Below, one piece after another: positions 45,222 to 56,038 of a stretch of 64,000 nucleotides of DNA. The stretch lies in the NCBI GenBank assembly GCA_913045135.1, contig CAJWQD010000006.1, positions 159 to 64,158 on the forward strand, given 5' to 3'. The position numbers and the translations under genes are program-made. The stretch's first letter is position 1, and the number at the start of each line of letters is the position of its first letter. Below the pieces are notes generated by a model. The model did no database searches. It saw nothing but the letters and a program-made list of their open reading frames with translations, and was not told where the DNA came from. The stretch is from an uncultured Flammeovirgaceae bacterium (GTDB taxonomy: Bacteria; Bacteroidota; Bacteroidia; Cytophagales; Cyclobacteriaceae).

Positions 45222-46259
45222 TCAATTTAGATAAAAATTAATGACATCTTCAATTTGGGCGTCGCTCACCTTAATGTCAAACAAACAACTTCCTGGTCCA
45301 TTGATTAGTGAAAACATAACTGCAGAACCTTCATTTTTTTTATCTTGTCGCAATAATGACTTAAGCTTATCAAAAGGAGGAAGTAACGTAATGCGATCAA
45401 AGACCTGATCAATATAATTTACCACTTGCTCAAAATACTTTTCTTCTATCAAACCCAAGTCGAAAGCTAACTTAGCTTCCATGATCATTCCGGCTGCAAT
45501 GGCTTCTCCATGCAAGAGGTCTTTTTCAATATCTAAATACCAGGATTCAACACCATGCCCAAGTGTATGTCCAAAGTTTAAAATTTTTCTCAATCCTGAC
45601 TCGTAGGGGTCTTTTTCGATAACGTCGGCTTTTAAAAATACAGATTTTTTGATTAAGTATTGCCAATCTGTAATTTCTGAAAAGAGGTTCAAACGGATTT
45701 CTTTCCAGTAGTTGTGATCGTAGATGAGACCATGTTTAATGATTTCGGCAAAACCTGATTTAAGTTCTCTGCGGCGGAGTGTACTCAAAAATTTGTCACA
45801 GATGATGATGGCATCAGGATCTTTAAATACACCAATGTGGTTTTTGAATTTATTGAAATCAATGCCTAATTTTCCACCAATACTTGCGTCAACCTGGGAG
45901 AGTAATGTTGTGGGTATATTGATAAATTGAATTCCTCTTTTAAACGTAGCAGCAACAAAACCACCCATATCTCCAATTACACCACCGCCCAGATTAATGA
46001 GTAAAGATTTTCGAGTAAATTTAAAATCAGTCAATTGTTGCCAGATAATTTTACAGGTTTCAATATTTTTATTTTTTTCTCCACTCTTGATTTGAATAAA
46101 TGGCATTTCTTTGATCAATGGTAATTTAGGTAAGCAGTGGACTAAAGTATTCTCGTCAACTAAAATGGCAATTCTATCAGGTTTAAATAACTTAAGACAA
46201 ATGTCAAGTTGCTGATTTACTTTTTGGGTAAAATGTATGTTAGGTGGTACCTTTTTCAT
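45222..46259 (-). CDS. aroB: 3-dehydroquinate synthase
   Basis: 345 aa. LGGGVIGDMGGFVAATFKRGI and NFGHTLGHGVE metal/NAD motifs. Confidence 0.92.
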   Translation of the reverse strand: MKKVPPNIHFTQKVNQQLDICLKLFKPDRIAILVDENTLVHCLPKLPLIKEMPFIQIKSGEKNKNIETCKIIWQQLTDFKFTRKSLLINLGGGVIGDMGGFVAATFKRGIQFINIPTTLLSQVDASIGGKLGIDFNKFKNHIGVFKDPDAIIICDKFLSTLRRRELKSGFAEIIKHGLIYDHNYWKEIRLNLFSEITDWQYLIKKSVFLKADVIEKDPYESGLRKILNFGHTLGHGVESWYLDIEKDLLHGEAIAAGMIMEAKLAFDLGLIEEKYFEQVVNYIDQVFDRITLLPPFDKLKSLLRQDKKNEGSAVMFSLINGPGSCLFDIKVSDAQIEDVINFYLN

Positions 46260-46301
46260 ATTACAAAATTACATGTCTTTTTTATACTATGATTAACTCG
46301 A

Positions 46302-46333
46302 TTGATGAATCCTTAAGTCGTTTATTATATTTG
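46302..46333 (+). promoter_or_regulatory. candidate promoter of PRODH-lysS
   Basis: TTG at 46302-46304, a 21-nt spacer, then TATATTTG at 46326-46333, 27 nt upstream of ATG 46361. Confidence 0.4.
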
Positions 46334-46360
46334 CTTTCAAACTGCTAACTAGATGATGAT

Positions 46361-47533
46361 ATGTCAGTGAACTTTAATGATACTAAAATTACTTTTCAAT
46401 CTAAATCTCACTGGGATTTACAATTATTAAAATTTATTTTTTCAGTTCTAAATAGACCTTTTTTTGTTTTTTTGGGTACTTCAATTATAAAATGGGCATT
46501 ACAATTTAGACTACCTATTAAGGGGTTGATAAAGGCAACTCTTTTTGATCAATTTTGTGGAGGAGAAAATATACAAGGTTGTAAAAAAAAAATTAACCAA
46601 CTAAAAAAATTTAATGTTAAAACTATTCTAGACTACTCGGTTGAAGGGCAAGAAAATGAACAAAGCTTTGATCAAACCTTAGAGGAGACTTTAAGAACTA
46701 TTCAATTTGCTAATCAGCATGATGCTATTCCTTTTTGTGTAATAAAACTTACGGGATTAGGCTCAAAATCTTTGATGACTAAAATTCAATTATGTAAAGA
46801 GTTATCTTTGGACGAGCAAAATCAATTTAATAGGTTTAAGGATCGTGGTCTTGAGGTTGCAGCTGAAATTTCAAAATTAAATCAGCGCTTGTTGATTGAT
46901 GCTGAGGAAAGTTGGTATCAAAATGTTATAGACACTTTCACGTATGAATTAATGATTAAATATAATACCGAGAGGGCTTTAGTTTACAATACCTATCAGT
47001 TTTACCGGCATGATATGTTGGATAGAATGAAGGCAGGATTTGAGAATATTATTGCATCAAAAGCGTATTTTGGAGCTAAAATGGTACGAGGGGCTTACAC
47101 GGAACAGGAACGTATTCGGTCACAATCATTGAGGTATCCAGATCCGATTCAGCCTAACAAAGATTATACAGATAGAGATTTTAATGAAGGTGTAAAATTT
47201 ATAATGGAACATTTAAACTATTGTTCGATTTGTTTAGGAACTCATAATGAAGCTTCGAGTAAAGATTTGGTTATTTTGATTCAAAAATACGGATATGAAA
47301 AGAATGATCCTAGAATATTTTTTGCTCAATTATTGGGAATGAGTGATAATATATCATTTAAATTGTCCGAAGAAGGTTATAATGTTGCCAAATATGTACC
47401 TTATGGGCCACTAGAGCAGATTATGCCTTATCTGTTTAGGCGGGTAGAGGAAAATACTTCAGTTCAAGGGCAAAGTAGTCGTGAACTTATGTTGATTGAG
47501 AAAGAAATAGAAAGAAGAAAATTAAAATTATAA
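46361..47533 (+). CDS. proline dehydrogenase family protein (monofunctional)
   Basis: 390 aa. VKLTGLG, KMVRGAY..ER and [10 protein letters not shown] are PRODH barrel motifs. Confidence 0.85.
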   Translation: MSVNFNDTKITFQSKSHWDLQLLKFIFSVLNRPFFVFLGTSIIKWALQFRLPIKGLIKATLFDQFCGGENIQGCKKKINQLKKFNVKTILDYSVEGQENEQSFDQTLEETLRTIQFANQHDAIPFCVIKLTGLGSKSLMTKIQLCKELSLDEQNQFNRFKDRGLEVAAEISKLNQRLLIDAEESWYQNVIDTFTYELMIKYNTERALVYNTYQFYRHDMLDRMKAGFENIIASKAYFGAKMVRGAYTEQERIRSQSLRYPDPIQPNKDYTDRDFNEGVKFIMEHLNYCSICLGTHNEASSKDLVILIQKYGYEKNDPRIFFAQLLGMSDNISFKLSEEGYNVAKYVPYGPLEQIMPYLFRRVEENTSVQGQSSRELMLIEKEIERRKLKL

Positions 47534-49275
47534 TGCAATTAAGTGAGCAAGAATTGATTCGTAGAAAGGCCAGGACCGATCTCATAAATATGAATATTGA
47601 TCCATATCCTCCCGAGCTTTTTGAAATAAACACTACAAGCCGAGAAATTAAAGAAAAGTATAAAGATGAATTAGCTTCTTTTAAAAATATATCTATTGCA
47701 GGACGCATTATGAGTCGGCGCATTATGGGTTCGGCTTCTTTTGCTGAAATTCAAGACGATGAAGGTAGAATTCAAATTTATCTTCGTCGAGATGATGTAT
47801 GTAAAGGCGAGGACAAATCTCTGTATAATGATGTTTTCAAGAAAAAGTTGGACATTGGAGATATTGTAGGGATCAAAGGATTCGTCTTTGTAACGCAAGT
47901 AGGAGAGATATCTATTCATGTTACTTACTTCAAAATTTTGACCAAATCTTTACGGCCTTTGCCCATTGTAAAAGAAACTGAAGATCCAGAGGGGAATAAG
48001 AAAATATGGGATGCTTTTACTTCTCCTGAACAAAGGTATAGACAGCGGTATTTAGATCTTATTGTAAATCCTCAAGTTAAAGATACGTTTCGTAAACGAG
48101 CACTTTTGGTAAATACGATCCGAAATTTCTTGATTGAGAAAAGATATTTAGAGGTTGAAACACCAATTTTACAACCTATTTATGGAGGTGCAGCGGCAAA
48201 ACCTTTTATAACCCATCACAATACATTGGACATGCCATTGTATTTGAGAATCGCTAATGAGCTTTATCTAAAAAGACTCATTGTAGGTGGATTTGATGGA
48301 GTTTTTGAATTTGCAAAAGACTTTAGAAATGAAGGAATGTCGAGGTTTCATAATCCTGAATTTACTCAGCTAGAGTTATATGTAGCCTATAAAGATTATT
48401 TTTGGATGATGGATTTAATGGAAGAGATTGTAGAGCAAATCGCCCTTAAATTACATGGTGATACTAAAATTATAGTAGGGGATCACGTTATTGATTTTCA
48501 AAGGCCTTGGAAGCGATTTACTATGTTTGAAGCCATAGCGCACTTTACCGGTATAGATATTTCAGAAATGGATGAGCTGGCATTGAGAGCGACAGCTCAA
48601 TCCTTAGGAATTTCTATTGATGAGACTATGGGACCTGGTAAATTGATCGATGAAATATTTGGAGAGCGGTGTGAATCAAAATTAATTCAACCGACTTTTA
48701 TCACTGATTATCCCGAAGAAATGTCTCCTTTGACTAAAAAACATCGTTCTAAACCAGGGTTAGTTGAACGCTTTGAGGCAATTTGTAACGGTAAAGAAAT
48801 AATGAATGCTTATTCTGAATTAAATGATCCTATAGATCAAAGAGAACGATTTGAAGATCAATTGGCTCTTGCGGCACGAGGAGATGAGGAAGCCATGGCC
48901 TTAGATGAGGATTTTTTACGTGCGCTTGAATATGGGATGCCCCCTACCTCAGGCGTTGGTTTAGGTATTGATCGCTTATCAATGATTATGACCAATTCAA
49001 TATCAATACAGGATGTATTATTTTTCCCACAAATGAGGCCTGAAAAAAAGATAGATCAATCAACAGATAAAGAATTTATAGATCAGGGTATCCCGGCGGT
49101 TTATCTTCCTTTATTGCGGAAAATAGGCTTGAATACTCTGGGTCAACTAAGTGAATCTAATGTAAACAAGCTGCATAATGATTTGTGTGGTATGCGTAAA
49201 AAGATGAAGTTAAAAAATTTGGAAAACCCAACGAAAGACGCGGTTCAGCACTGGATTGAGGCATCACAAGAATAG
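47533..49275 (+). CDS. lysS: lysine--tRNA ligase (class II) with ~75-aa C-terminal extension
   Basis: 580 aa. [25 protein letters not shown] and [12 protein letters not shown] motifs. taATG overlap with the PRODH stop. I recall long LysRS forms being usual in Bacteroidota. Confidence 0.96.
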   Translation: MQLSEQELIRRKARTDLINMNIDPYPPELFEINTTSREIKEKYKDELASFKNISIAGRIMSRRIMGSASFAEIQDDEGRIQIYLRRDDVCKGEDKSLYNDVFKKKLDIGDIVGIKGFVFVTQVGEISIHVTYFKILTKSLRPLPIVKETEDPEGNKKIWDAFTSPEQRYRQRYLDLIVNPQVKDTFRKRALLVNTIRNFLIEKRYLEVETPILQPIYGGAAAKPFITHHNTLDMPLYLRIANELYLKRLIVGGFDGVFEFAKDFRNEGMSRFHNPEFTQLELYVAYKDYFWMMDLMEEIVEQIALKLHGDTKIIVGDHVIDFQRPWKRFTMFEAIAHFTGIDISEMDELALRATAQSLGISIDETMGPGKLIDEIFGERCESKLIQPTFITDYPEEMSPLTKKHRSKPGLVERFEAICNGKEIMNAYSELNDPIDQRERFEDQLALAARGDEEAMALDEDFLRALEYGMPPTSGVGLGIDRLSMIMTNSISIQDVLFFPQMRPEKKIDQSTDKEFIDQGIPAVYLPLLRKIGLNTLGQLSESNVNKLHNDLCGMRKKMKLKNLENPTKDAVQHWIEASQE

Positions 49276-49312
49276 AAGTTAGATAGTAACTCGTATATGA
49301 GCTAGGATATAC

Positions 49313-50983
49313 TTAGGAAAGGCCAGATATAGTACCAAACTCGTTAATATCGATTTGCTCAGCAGCAGGAATTTCTGGTAATCCAGGCATTCTTAGCATG
49401 TTTCCTGTGATGGGAATCAGAAAACCTGCACCGGTAGCTATTTCCATATCTCGAATTGTAAGTCCGAAATGATTAGGACGACCAAAAAGACTACTGTCAT
49501 CGGATAATGAGCTTTGAGTTTTGGCCATACAAATGGGGAGATCACTTATCTTTAAATTGTTGGCTCTTTCTATGATATTTTCTGCCTTACTGGTGTAGCT
49601 TATGGTCTCTGCACCATAAACATCTTTAGCGATGGCTGAGATTTTATTTTTTATGCTTGAATTGGAATCATAGGTAGGTACATATTGTGATTGACAATGA
49701 TTGGCTGCTTCGGCAACCTTCTCAGCTAGTTCTGTGGTACCCTTACCGCCATGTGCCCATCCGTCACTCAAGGCTACCTCGACATGAATTGTGGCACAAT
49801 GGTTCTTAATGATTTGTATTTCTTCTTCGGTATCAGAGGTGAATTTGTTTATAGCCACGATCAATGGAATATTAAATCTTCTTAGGTTTTCTACATGTTT
49901 GTCAAGATTTGACATTCCCTTCATTAGAGCTTTTGTATTGGGTTGAGTCAATTCAACTTTATTTATACCTCCATGATACTTCAAGGCCCTTATGGTGGCT
50001 ACTAAGATGACTACTTTGGGTGAAATATTTCCATAAAAACATTTGATATTAAAAAATTTTTCTGCCCCCAAATCTGCCCCAAATCCAGCTTCCGTAACTA
50101 CATAATCTGCCAGTGACATACCCATTTTTGTACCGATTAGAGAGTTGGTTCCCTGTGCTATATTAGCAAAAGGACCCCCATGAATGATGGCACCATTTCC
50201 CTCTAATGTTTGAACCAAGTTGGGTTTGATGGCCTCTTTTAATAACGAAGCCATAGCTCCTTGTGCGTTTAGGTCTCGGGCATAAATGGCTGTTCCATTA
50301 AAAGTGTCTCCGATATAAATATTGGCTAATTTGGCTTTTAAATCAACAAGATTTTTTGAAAGGCATAAAATGGCCATAATCTCCGATGCTGCTGTAATAT
50401 CAAATCCGGATTCTCTTGGAAAACCTCCTGATTTACCACCCAATCCTGATATGATATTTCTGAGGGTACGATCATTCATATCCATTACCCATTTCCAAGT
50501 TACCGTTCTTGGATCTATTCCAAGATTTCGTGTTTTGCTTTGTATATTATTGCCAATCAGAGCTGAAAGTAGATTATTAGCTTTTTCAATAGCCGAGAAG
50601 TCACCAGTAAAATGCAAATTGATATCCTCCATAGGCACGACTTGTGAATATCCTCCACCAGTAGCTCCACCTTTCATTCCAAAGACTGGACCTAAAGAGG
50701 GCTCTCTCAGAACAGAAATTGTTTTTTTTCCAATGCGATTCAGTCCATCGCAAAGACCTACTGTGGTGGTTGATTTTCCTTCACCTGCCGGGGTTGGTGT
50801 AATGGCTGTCACGAGAATTAATTTTGATTGGCTTACCTTTCTCTCATCAATGAGATGAACCGGAATTTTGGCCTTATAATGGCCGTAACGTTCTAAATTT
50901 TTATTTGGAATACCCAATGAATTGGCAATGAAATCTATATTTTTAGGGGCTTTGCTCTGGGCTATTTTTAAATCAGGATTCAT
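49313..50983 (-). CDS. fhs: formate--tetrahydrofolate ligase
   Basis: 556 aa. TPTPAGEGKSTTTVGL with full-length FTHFS similarity. Confidence 0.97.
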   Translation of the reverse strand: MNPDLKIAQSKAPKNIDFIANSLGIPNKNLERYGHYKAKIPVHLIDERKVSQSKLILVTAITPTPAGEGKSTTTVGLCDGLNRIGKKTISVLREPSLGPVFGMKGGATGGGYSQVVPMEDINLHFTGDFSAIEKANNLLSALIGNNIQSKTRNLGIDPRTVTWKWVMDMNDRTLRNIISGLGGKSGGFPRESGFDITAASEIMAILCLSKNLVDLKAKLANIYIGDTFNGTAIYARDLNAQGAMASLLKEAIKPNLVQTLEGNGAIIHGGPFANIAQGTNSLIGTKMGMSLADYVVTEAGFGADLGAEKFFNIKCFYGNISPKVVILVATIRALKYHGGINKVELTQPNTKALMKGMSNLDKHVENLRRFNIPLIVAINKFTSDTEEEIQIIKNHCATIHVEVALSDGWAHGGKGTTELAEKVAEAANHCQSQYVPTYDSNSSIKNKISAIAKDVYGAETISYTSKAENIIERANNLKISDLPICMAKTQSSLSDDSSLFGRPNHFGLTIRDMEIATGAGFLIPITGNMLRMPGLPEIPAAEQIDINEFGTISGLS

Positions 50984-51112
50984 TTTTAGAAAAGTTTGAG
51001 AAGAAAAAAGCTCAATGAGAATTATTATTTATTAAATTGACTAAAACTAATTTTTTTCATCAATTTTTTGTAATTTAAACTTATTTTTTTGTAAAAAATA
51101 TATTTTGAAACT

Positions 51113-52375
51113 TTGGAGACTTATCTGAGCGTACTTAATTATGCCATACCCTTTTTTTTAATATTGATTCTTTTTGAGGCGTGGGTTGGTCACTTGAAAG
51201 GTGAAAAGGTGGTAAGGAGCATGGATACCTTAGCCAGTCTTATCTCTGGTGTAACTAATGTTTTTAAGGATGTTTTAGGTTTAACTGTTATCATTGTTTC
51301 CTATGATTGGATGGTTGATAACTTGAGCTTAATACATATAGAAACGACATGGATAATTTATCTAGTTGCATTTATTGGATTGGATTTTTCAGGTTATTGG
51401 GTTCACAGAATATCTCATAAAGTCAATTATTTTTGGAATCATCATTTGATTCATCACAGTAGTGAAGAGTTTAATTTAGGTTGCGCGTTGAGACAATCTA
51501 TTTCAAAGTGGTTTTCAATTTCATTTGTTTTTTTACTCCCCATTGCACTGCTTGGGATACCTGCGCAGGTAGTTGCGGTCATTGCCCCAATTCATTTATT
51601 TTCACAATATTGGTATCATACCAAATTAATCGGGAATCTAGGATTTTTGGAAAATATATTGGTAACTCCATCTCACCATCGAGTACATCATGCAATTAAT
51701 GAAATTTATATTGATAAAAATCTTTCCCAAATTTTTATTTTTTGGGATAAATTTTTTGGAACTTTTCAAGTAGAATTACCCCATGAACCACCCGTTTATG
51801 GAGTAAAAAAGTCAGTCAAGAGTTGGAATCCTTTTGTGATTAATTTTATTCATCTTTGGCAACTCATGCAAGATGCTTGGAGGGCGAAGTCTTGGTATGA
51901 TAAACTAATTATATGGTTTAAACCCACGGGATGGAGGCCCAAGGATGTAGCTGAGGCTTATCCCATTAGATTAAATGAATCTGTGCAAGATCAGTTGAAA
52001 TATGATCCGACCTATCCACTTTCATTCCACATTTGGTGTTGGTTTCAATGGATATTAATATCCATCATCTCATTTATATTTTTTAATCATTCGGCTGAGA
52101 TTGGCTATCAAGGCTTGATTTATTTTGTAGGATTTATGTATCTGTCTATTGCCAGTATGACCTTACTGATGGATAAGCATTGGGGTGCGCTTTATGTCGA
52201 AATACTTAAAAATACCATATCTGTGGGTCTAGTATATTTTTATGGAGATTGGTTTATGATTAATTCATTTTTTGAAAACGGATCTACATTAATTTTAGTA
52301 TATCATGTGATTTGTATGCTAATTGTGGGCTATTTTTATAATCTCTTTCAGTCAGAGCCTCAAGATTCGGCTTAA
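51113..52375 (+). CDS. fatty acid hydroxylase/sterol desaturase superfamily membrane protein
   Basis: 420 aa. His boxes HRISH, HHLIHH and HHRVHH, plus about 170 extra C-terminal residues with further TM helices. Apparent TTG start; the next in-frame ATG would remove the first TM segment. Confidence 0.75.
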   Translation: METYLSVLNYAIPFFLILILFEAWVGHLKGEKVVRSMDTLASLISGVTNVFKDVLGLTVIIVSYDWMVDNLSLIHIETTWIIYLVAFIGLDFSGYWVHRISHKVNYFWNHHLIHHSSEEFNLGCALRQSISKWFSISFVFLLPIALLGIPAQVVAVIAPIHLFSQYWYHTKLIGNLGFLENILVTPSHHRVHHAINEIYIDKNLSQIFIFWDKFFGTFQVELPHEPPVYGVKKSVKSWNPFVINFIHLWQLMQDAWRAKSWYDKLIIWFKPTGWRPKDVAEAYPIRLNESVQDQLKYDPTYPLSFHIWCWFQWILISIISFIFFNHSAEIGYQGLIYFVGFMYLSIASMTLLMDKHWGALYVEILKNTISVGLVYFYGDWFMINSFFENGSTLILVYHVICMLIVGYFYNLFQSEPQDSA

Positions 52376-52393
52376 CTTTCCTGTGCCTCTTCG

Positions 52394-55168
52394 TTAAAAA
52401 AAGTCCTGAAAACTTTTCCTTTTTTGAAGCTTCAAGTCTTGTAATAAGGCTGATTTTGGTCTTATAATTAAATTAAAGGATTGATTTCTTCCAAAAGGGA
52501 TCCAATTGAAGCTTAATTGCCAACAATGTAAATCACGGTTAACTCCTAGACTTGTTTGAGTAAATTTATTTTTCTCTAGGTCATAACCGGATCTGAAATT
52601 TATTTTGGTTTTTGGTGTCAGAGATAGATTTCCGGAAAAAGTTAACGTTTGTCTTATCGTCGATTCTAATAGACCAGATTGATTTACATTTATAGAGTAG
52701 GAAACTCTGAGAGACCAAGGAATATTAAAATCAACATACTCATTTGGATTTTTATAAATATACTCTAAATCGGCAGCATCTTGTAAATCTAATTCTTCTT
52801 GATTATTGATATCTTGATTATTGATGTTTTGATCTATAAAATCTACTCTATCATTTTTGTTCTCTGTTTCACTAGTCCCTTTTGCTTTCAAGTTTAAACT
52901 AATGGCAGTGTTGAATCTAGATAAATTACCTAAACCTTGACCATTTTGCCATGAAAATCTATTGATTTTTTCCTGACGTGTGACCCTACCTTCTTCATTA
53001 GTAACTAAAGCATTGTATATATAGGGATCAATTGTGCCTCCAATATTAACATTAAGCTTTCCCTTAAAAAAACTGGTTCTTGTCGACAAATTAATGTTAG
53101 ATAAATTAAAGGAGTCGGCAGCAAAATTATATCCACTATTAATCGAAAAATTATCGAATAATTTAACTTTTTTATAACCAATACCAGCTGTGTCTTTTTT
53201 GTCTCGAACCTTGATTTCTAGATTATTCTGGAGACTAAAACTCATAGTTTTACTCATGTTCCCTCTAGGAGATCCATAAGCAAATTGATGATATTTTGAC
53301 ATTAGTACTGAATCTCCTTTTTCGTTTTTTTGCACCCATTCCCAAGGACTGTTTGAGCTATTGGTTATGTCAGGTGTATAACTAAAAGACACTGCAGGCG
53401 TGACAACATGCCGTATGGCTTGTATATAACCGCCAGGTTTAAAAAATCGAGTTCCATATACAATAGTGCTCAATGACGCACCTGTATTCCATGAATGGGC
53501 TCTTGAAAATTTTTGTAGGGTATCGACTTGAACAGCTTCAAGTTCGGGGATATACTTGTAATCAAGTTCTTTGGTATACCAATATTCTGTTAAATTAAAG
53601 TTAGGACTAAGATTTAATTTATTAAATAATTTAACTGATGTTGCAATTGGTATCTTATGTTGACCTCCATTTTTTGCATTTTTGAAATCTAATTTCAATT
53701 CCTCCTCTTGATCTCCGGAAGTCGACGTCTGGTTGGCTACGGTAAATGGGAAGTTAGCTTTGGCTGGTTTATTGGTGATTTCATTTTTTGCCACAAAATT
53801 ATAGCTTAGACCTAATTTTTTGAGGATATCTATATTTGATCCATTTAATTTCTTAAATGGGTATTGCCGATTGACATTGAGGGACATCTCAGGTAGATTA
53901 AAAGTCATAACACCTGTTTGAACGTTTTGTCTATGTCGTGCATTCATGGTTAAATTAATGGGAGCATTCGAAAATTTTTGTCGGTAAGAAATATTAGATG
54001 TAAATTGTGAACTAATACTTCTGTTAAAATCACTTGTTGCTAAATTGTTATTATTGTTATAGGTAGTTGTACCTGCTGAAATTGATGCGCTAACACTTGA
54101 ATTGCCTTTAGAAAGGGGCTTTAAATTACCTCTTATCCAGAAGTCATTACTGCTTAAACCAATCTCATTATCAATAATATTTTTATTATAGCTAAAATTG
54201 AGACCCCCTGTAAAAACATATCTTTTTTTAAAATTAGTATTGAAAACGCCCCCATAGCCCCCATTAGAGAAAACAGTTCCCGTAGCTCTGATATCCATAT
54301 AATCATTGACATACCAATAATAACCCCCATCTCTTAGGAAAAACCCCCTTCTAGTTTCTTCTCCATAATTGGGAACTAATATGCCTGATGTTTTTTCTTT
54401 CGGTTTCGGGAACATTCCAAAAGGGAACCAGATGGGTGTTTTAATTTCACGAAATCTTAAATTGAAGGGCCCAGAGATGACATTGCGTTTGGTTACTTTC
54501 AGTTTTTTCGATTGAATATGAAAATGTGGATCACTGAGGTTACAAGTGCTGTACATGGCTTCTGAGATGTACATTTCATTTCTTTCATTCTTTTTAACAT
54601 CTTCTCCATGCATAAAAGCCCCCATTTGCTCAGTTATTACACCTCTGATTTGGGCTCTTTTGGTCTTTAAATTGTAGATAATAAAGTCGGTTTCGTAAAC
54701 GGTGCCTTTCTCTGTAAAAACAGGTTTTCCTTGTTTTTCCCCAACTGAATCTAGCCTGTAGGTAGAAGTAAGGATTCTGTCACTCATACTTATTTGGGTT
54801 TCATCAGAGTCAAGTTCAATTTCTCCATAGTCAATATGACTATCTCCAAAAAGCGTTAAATTACTAGATTTCAGATCAAAAAAAATAGAGTCTTGAGCAT
54901 TATAATTTATTATAGTTTCAATTTCTCCTATAGGCACTTCGGGGTTCGCAACCAGTGATTTGGTTGTGTCATAGATCGCCTCTGATCTTAATGGATTGCC
55001 AATTATGCCTGATGAATCTGGATTATTGTTCAATATGGAATCAATAGATAAAGTATCTAAAACTCTCAGCGTAAGGGTATCTTCCTTCAAAACCGTTTGT
55101 GCAATTAGGGTGACAGAGGTTGATAAGGTTAAAATAAATCCTATTAAGAGACTTATTATGTACTTCAA
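52394..55168 (-). CDS. large outer-membrane beta-barrel protein, putative LPS-assembly protein LptD (Bacteroidota type)
   Basis: 924 aa. Signal peptide, an OstA-like N-terminal repeat region (YNAQDSIFFDL..LTLFGDSHIDYGEIEL), a long beta-rich C-terminus and a terminal aromatic (..QDFF). Divergent from the amidase gene, as I recall for LptD in this phylum. Confidence 0.6.
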   Translation of the reverse strand: MKYIISLLIGFILTLSTSVTLIAQTVLKEDTLTLRVLDTLSIDSILNNNPDSSGIIGNPLRSEAIYDTTKSLVANPEVPIGEIETIINYNAQDSIFFDLKSSNLTLFGDSHIDYGEIELDSDETQISMSDRILTSTYRLDSVGEKQGKPVFTEKGTVYETDFIIYNLKTKRAQIRGVITEQMGAFMHGEDVKKNERNEMYISEAMYSTCNLSDPHFHIQSKKLKVTKRNVISGPFNLRFREIKTPIWFPFGMFPKPKEKTSGILVPNYGEETRRGFFLRDGGYYWYVNDYMDIRATGTVFSNGGYGGVFNTNFKKRYVFTGGLNFSYNKNIIDNEIGLSSNDFWIRGNLKPLSKGNSSVSASISAGTTTYNNNNNLATSDFNRSISSQFTSNISYRQKFSNAPINLTMNARHRQNVQTGVMTFNLPEMSLNVNRQYPFKKLNGSNIDILKKLGLSYNFVAKNEITNKPAKANFPFTVANQTSTSGDQEEELKLDFKNAKNGGQHKIPIATSVKLFNKLNLSPNFNLTEYWYTKELDYKYIPELEAVQVDTLQKFSRAHSWNTGASLSTIVYGTRFFKPGGYIQAIRHVVTPAVSFSYTPDITNSSNSPWEWVQKNEKGDSVLMSKYHQFAYGSPRGNMSKTMSFSLQNNLEIKVRDKKDTAGIGYKKVKLFDNFSINSGYNFAADSFNLSNINLSTRTSFFKGKLNVNIGGTIDPYIYNALVTNEEGRVTRQEKINRFSWQNGQGLGNLSRFNTAISLNLKAKGTSETENKNDRVDFIDQNINNQDINNQEELDLQDAADLEYIYKNPNEYVDFNIPWSLRVSYSINVNQSGLLESTIRQTLTFSGNLSLTPKTKINFRSGYDLEKNKFTQTSLGVNRDLHCWQLSFNWIPFGRNQSFNLIIRPKSALLQDLKLQKRKSFQDFF

Positions 55169-55253
55169 GTTTGAATCAAGTTTTTATTTAATAAAAATTT
55201 TGCAATTTTTGTGCTAAAATATCGTATTTGATATATTAACCAATGGTTGAGCA

Positions 55254-56036
55254 GTGAGAAATATTGCAATATATTTTGTGATTTCGGTATCATTAATTTT
55301 AGTTTCGTTCCAAAGAGTTGGAATTAAACAATACAAAGTTAGGAAAATAGTTATTGATCCAGGCCATGGAGGTCGAGATCCAGGGACTCATGGGTTATTT
55401 TCAAAGGAGAAAGATGTGGTTTTAAAAATTTCCTTGGAATTAAAGCGGATTATTAATGAGAATATGCCAGACGTGCAAGTTGTTCTGACTCGCTCAGATG
55501 ATAGCTTCCCCTCGCTCACCCAGCGCTCTAAGATTGCCAATGATCTTGAAGCTGATTTATTTATTTCTATACATGCCAACTGGTTGAGTAATCCAAATGT
55601 TACAGGTACCGAGACCTACGTTATGGGAACCCAAAATATTGGTAGAAATTTCGAAGTAGCGAAACGTGAAAACTCTGTTATTTTGCTAGAGGAAAATTAT
55701 GAGGAAACTTATCAAAACTTTGATCCCAAATCGATTGAATCTTACATTCTGTTTTCGCTTGCCCAAAATGCTTTTCATGAAAAAAGTCTTCAATTTGCCA
55801 GATTAGTAGAGAAACAGTTCAAAGAGCGGGTAGGGAGAAGGAGTTTAGGCGTGAAGCAATCCAGTCTTTATTTACTTTGGAGTACAGCAATGCCTAGCGT
55901 TTTAGTTGAAGTAGGTTATCTTAGTAATCCAAAAGAAGAAAAATATTTGAATGATAAGCGCAATCAAGTTTATATAGCGTCAGGTATATATAGAGCATTT
56001 AAAGAATACAAAAAAGAAATTGAACTATTAAAATAA
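55254..56036 (+). CDS. N-acetylmuramoyl-L-alanine amidase (Amidase_3)
   Basis: 260 aa. IVIDPGHGGRDPG, FISIHAN and E..YLSN motifs. Apparent GTG start with a signal-like N-terminus. Confidence 0.85.
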   Translation: MRNIAIYFVISVSLILVSFQRVGIKQYKVRKIVIDPGHGGRDPGTHGLFSKEKDVVLKISLELKRIINENMPDVQVVLTRSDDSFPSLTQRSKIANDLEADLFISIHANWLSNPNVTGTETYVMGTQNIGRNFEVAKRENSVILLEENYEETYQNFDPKSIESYILFSLAQNAFHEKSLQFARLVEKQFKERVGRRSLGVKQSSLYLLWSTAMPSVLVEVGYLSNPKEEKYLNDKRNQVYIASGIYRAFKEYKKEIELLK

Positions 56037-56038
56037 GA

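Noticed and set aside
50984-51112. ZTP/THF-type riboswitch upstream of fhs (minus strand)
   Set aside because: The leader is almost pure A/T with no GC-containing helices or pseudoknot-capable segments. It cannot form those folds.
52799-52834. Short imperfect tandem repeat (ttgattattgata/ttgattattgatg; protein INNQDINNQ) in the LptD-like gene
   Set aside because: There are only two imperfect copies within a low-complexity Asn/Asp/Gln loop. Nothing suggests a phase-variable microsatellite.
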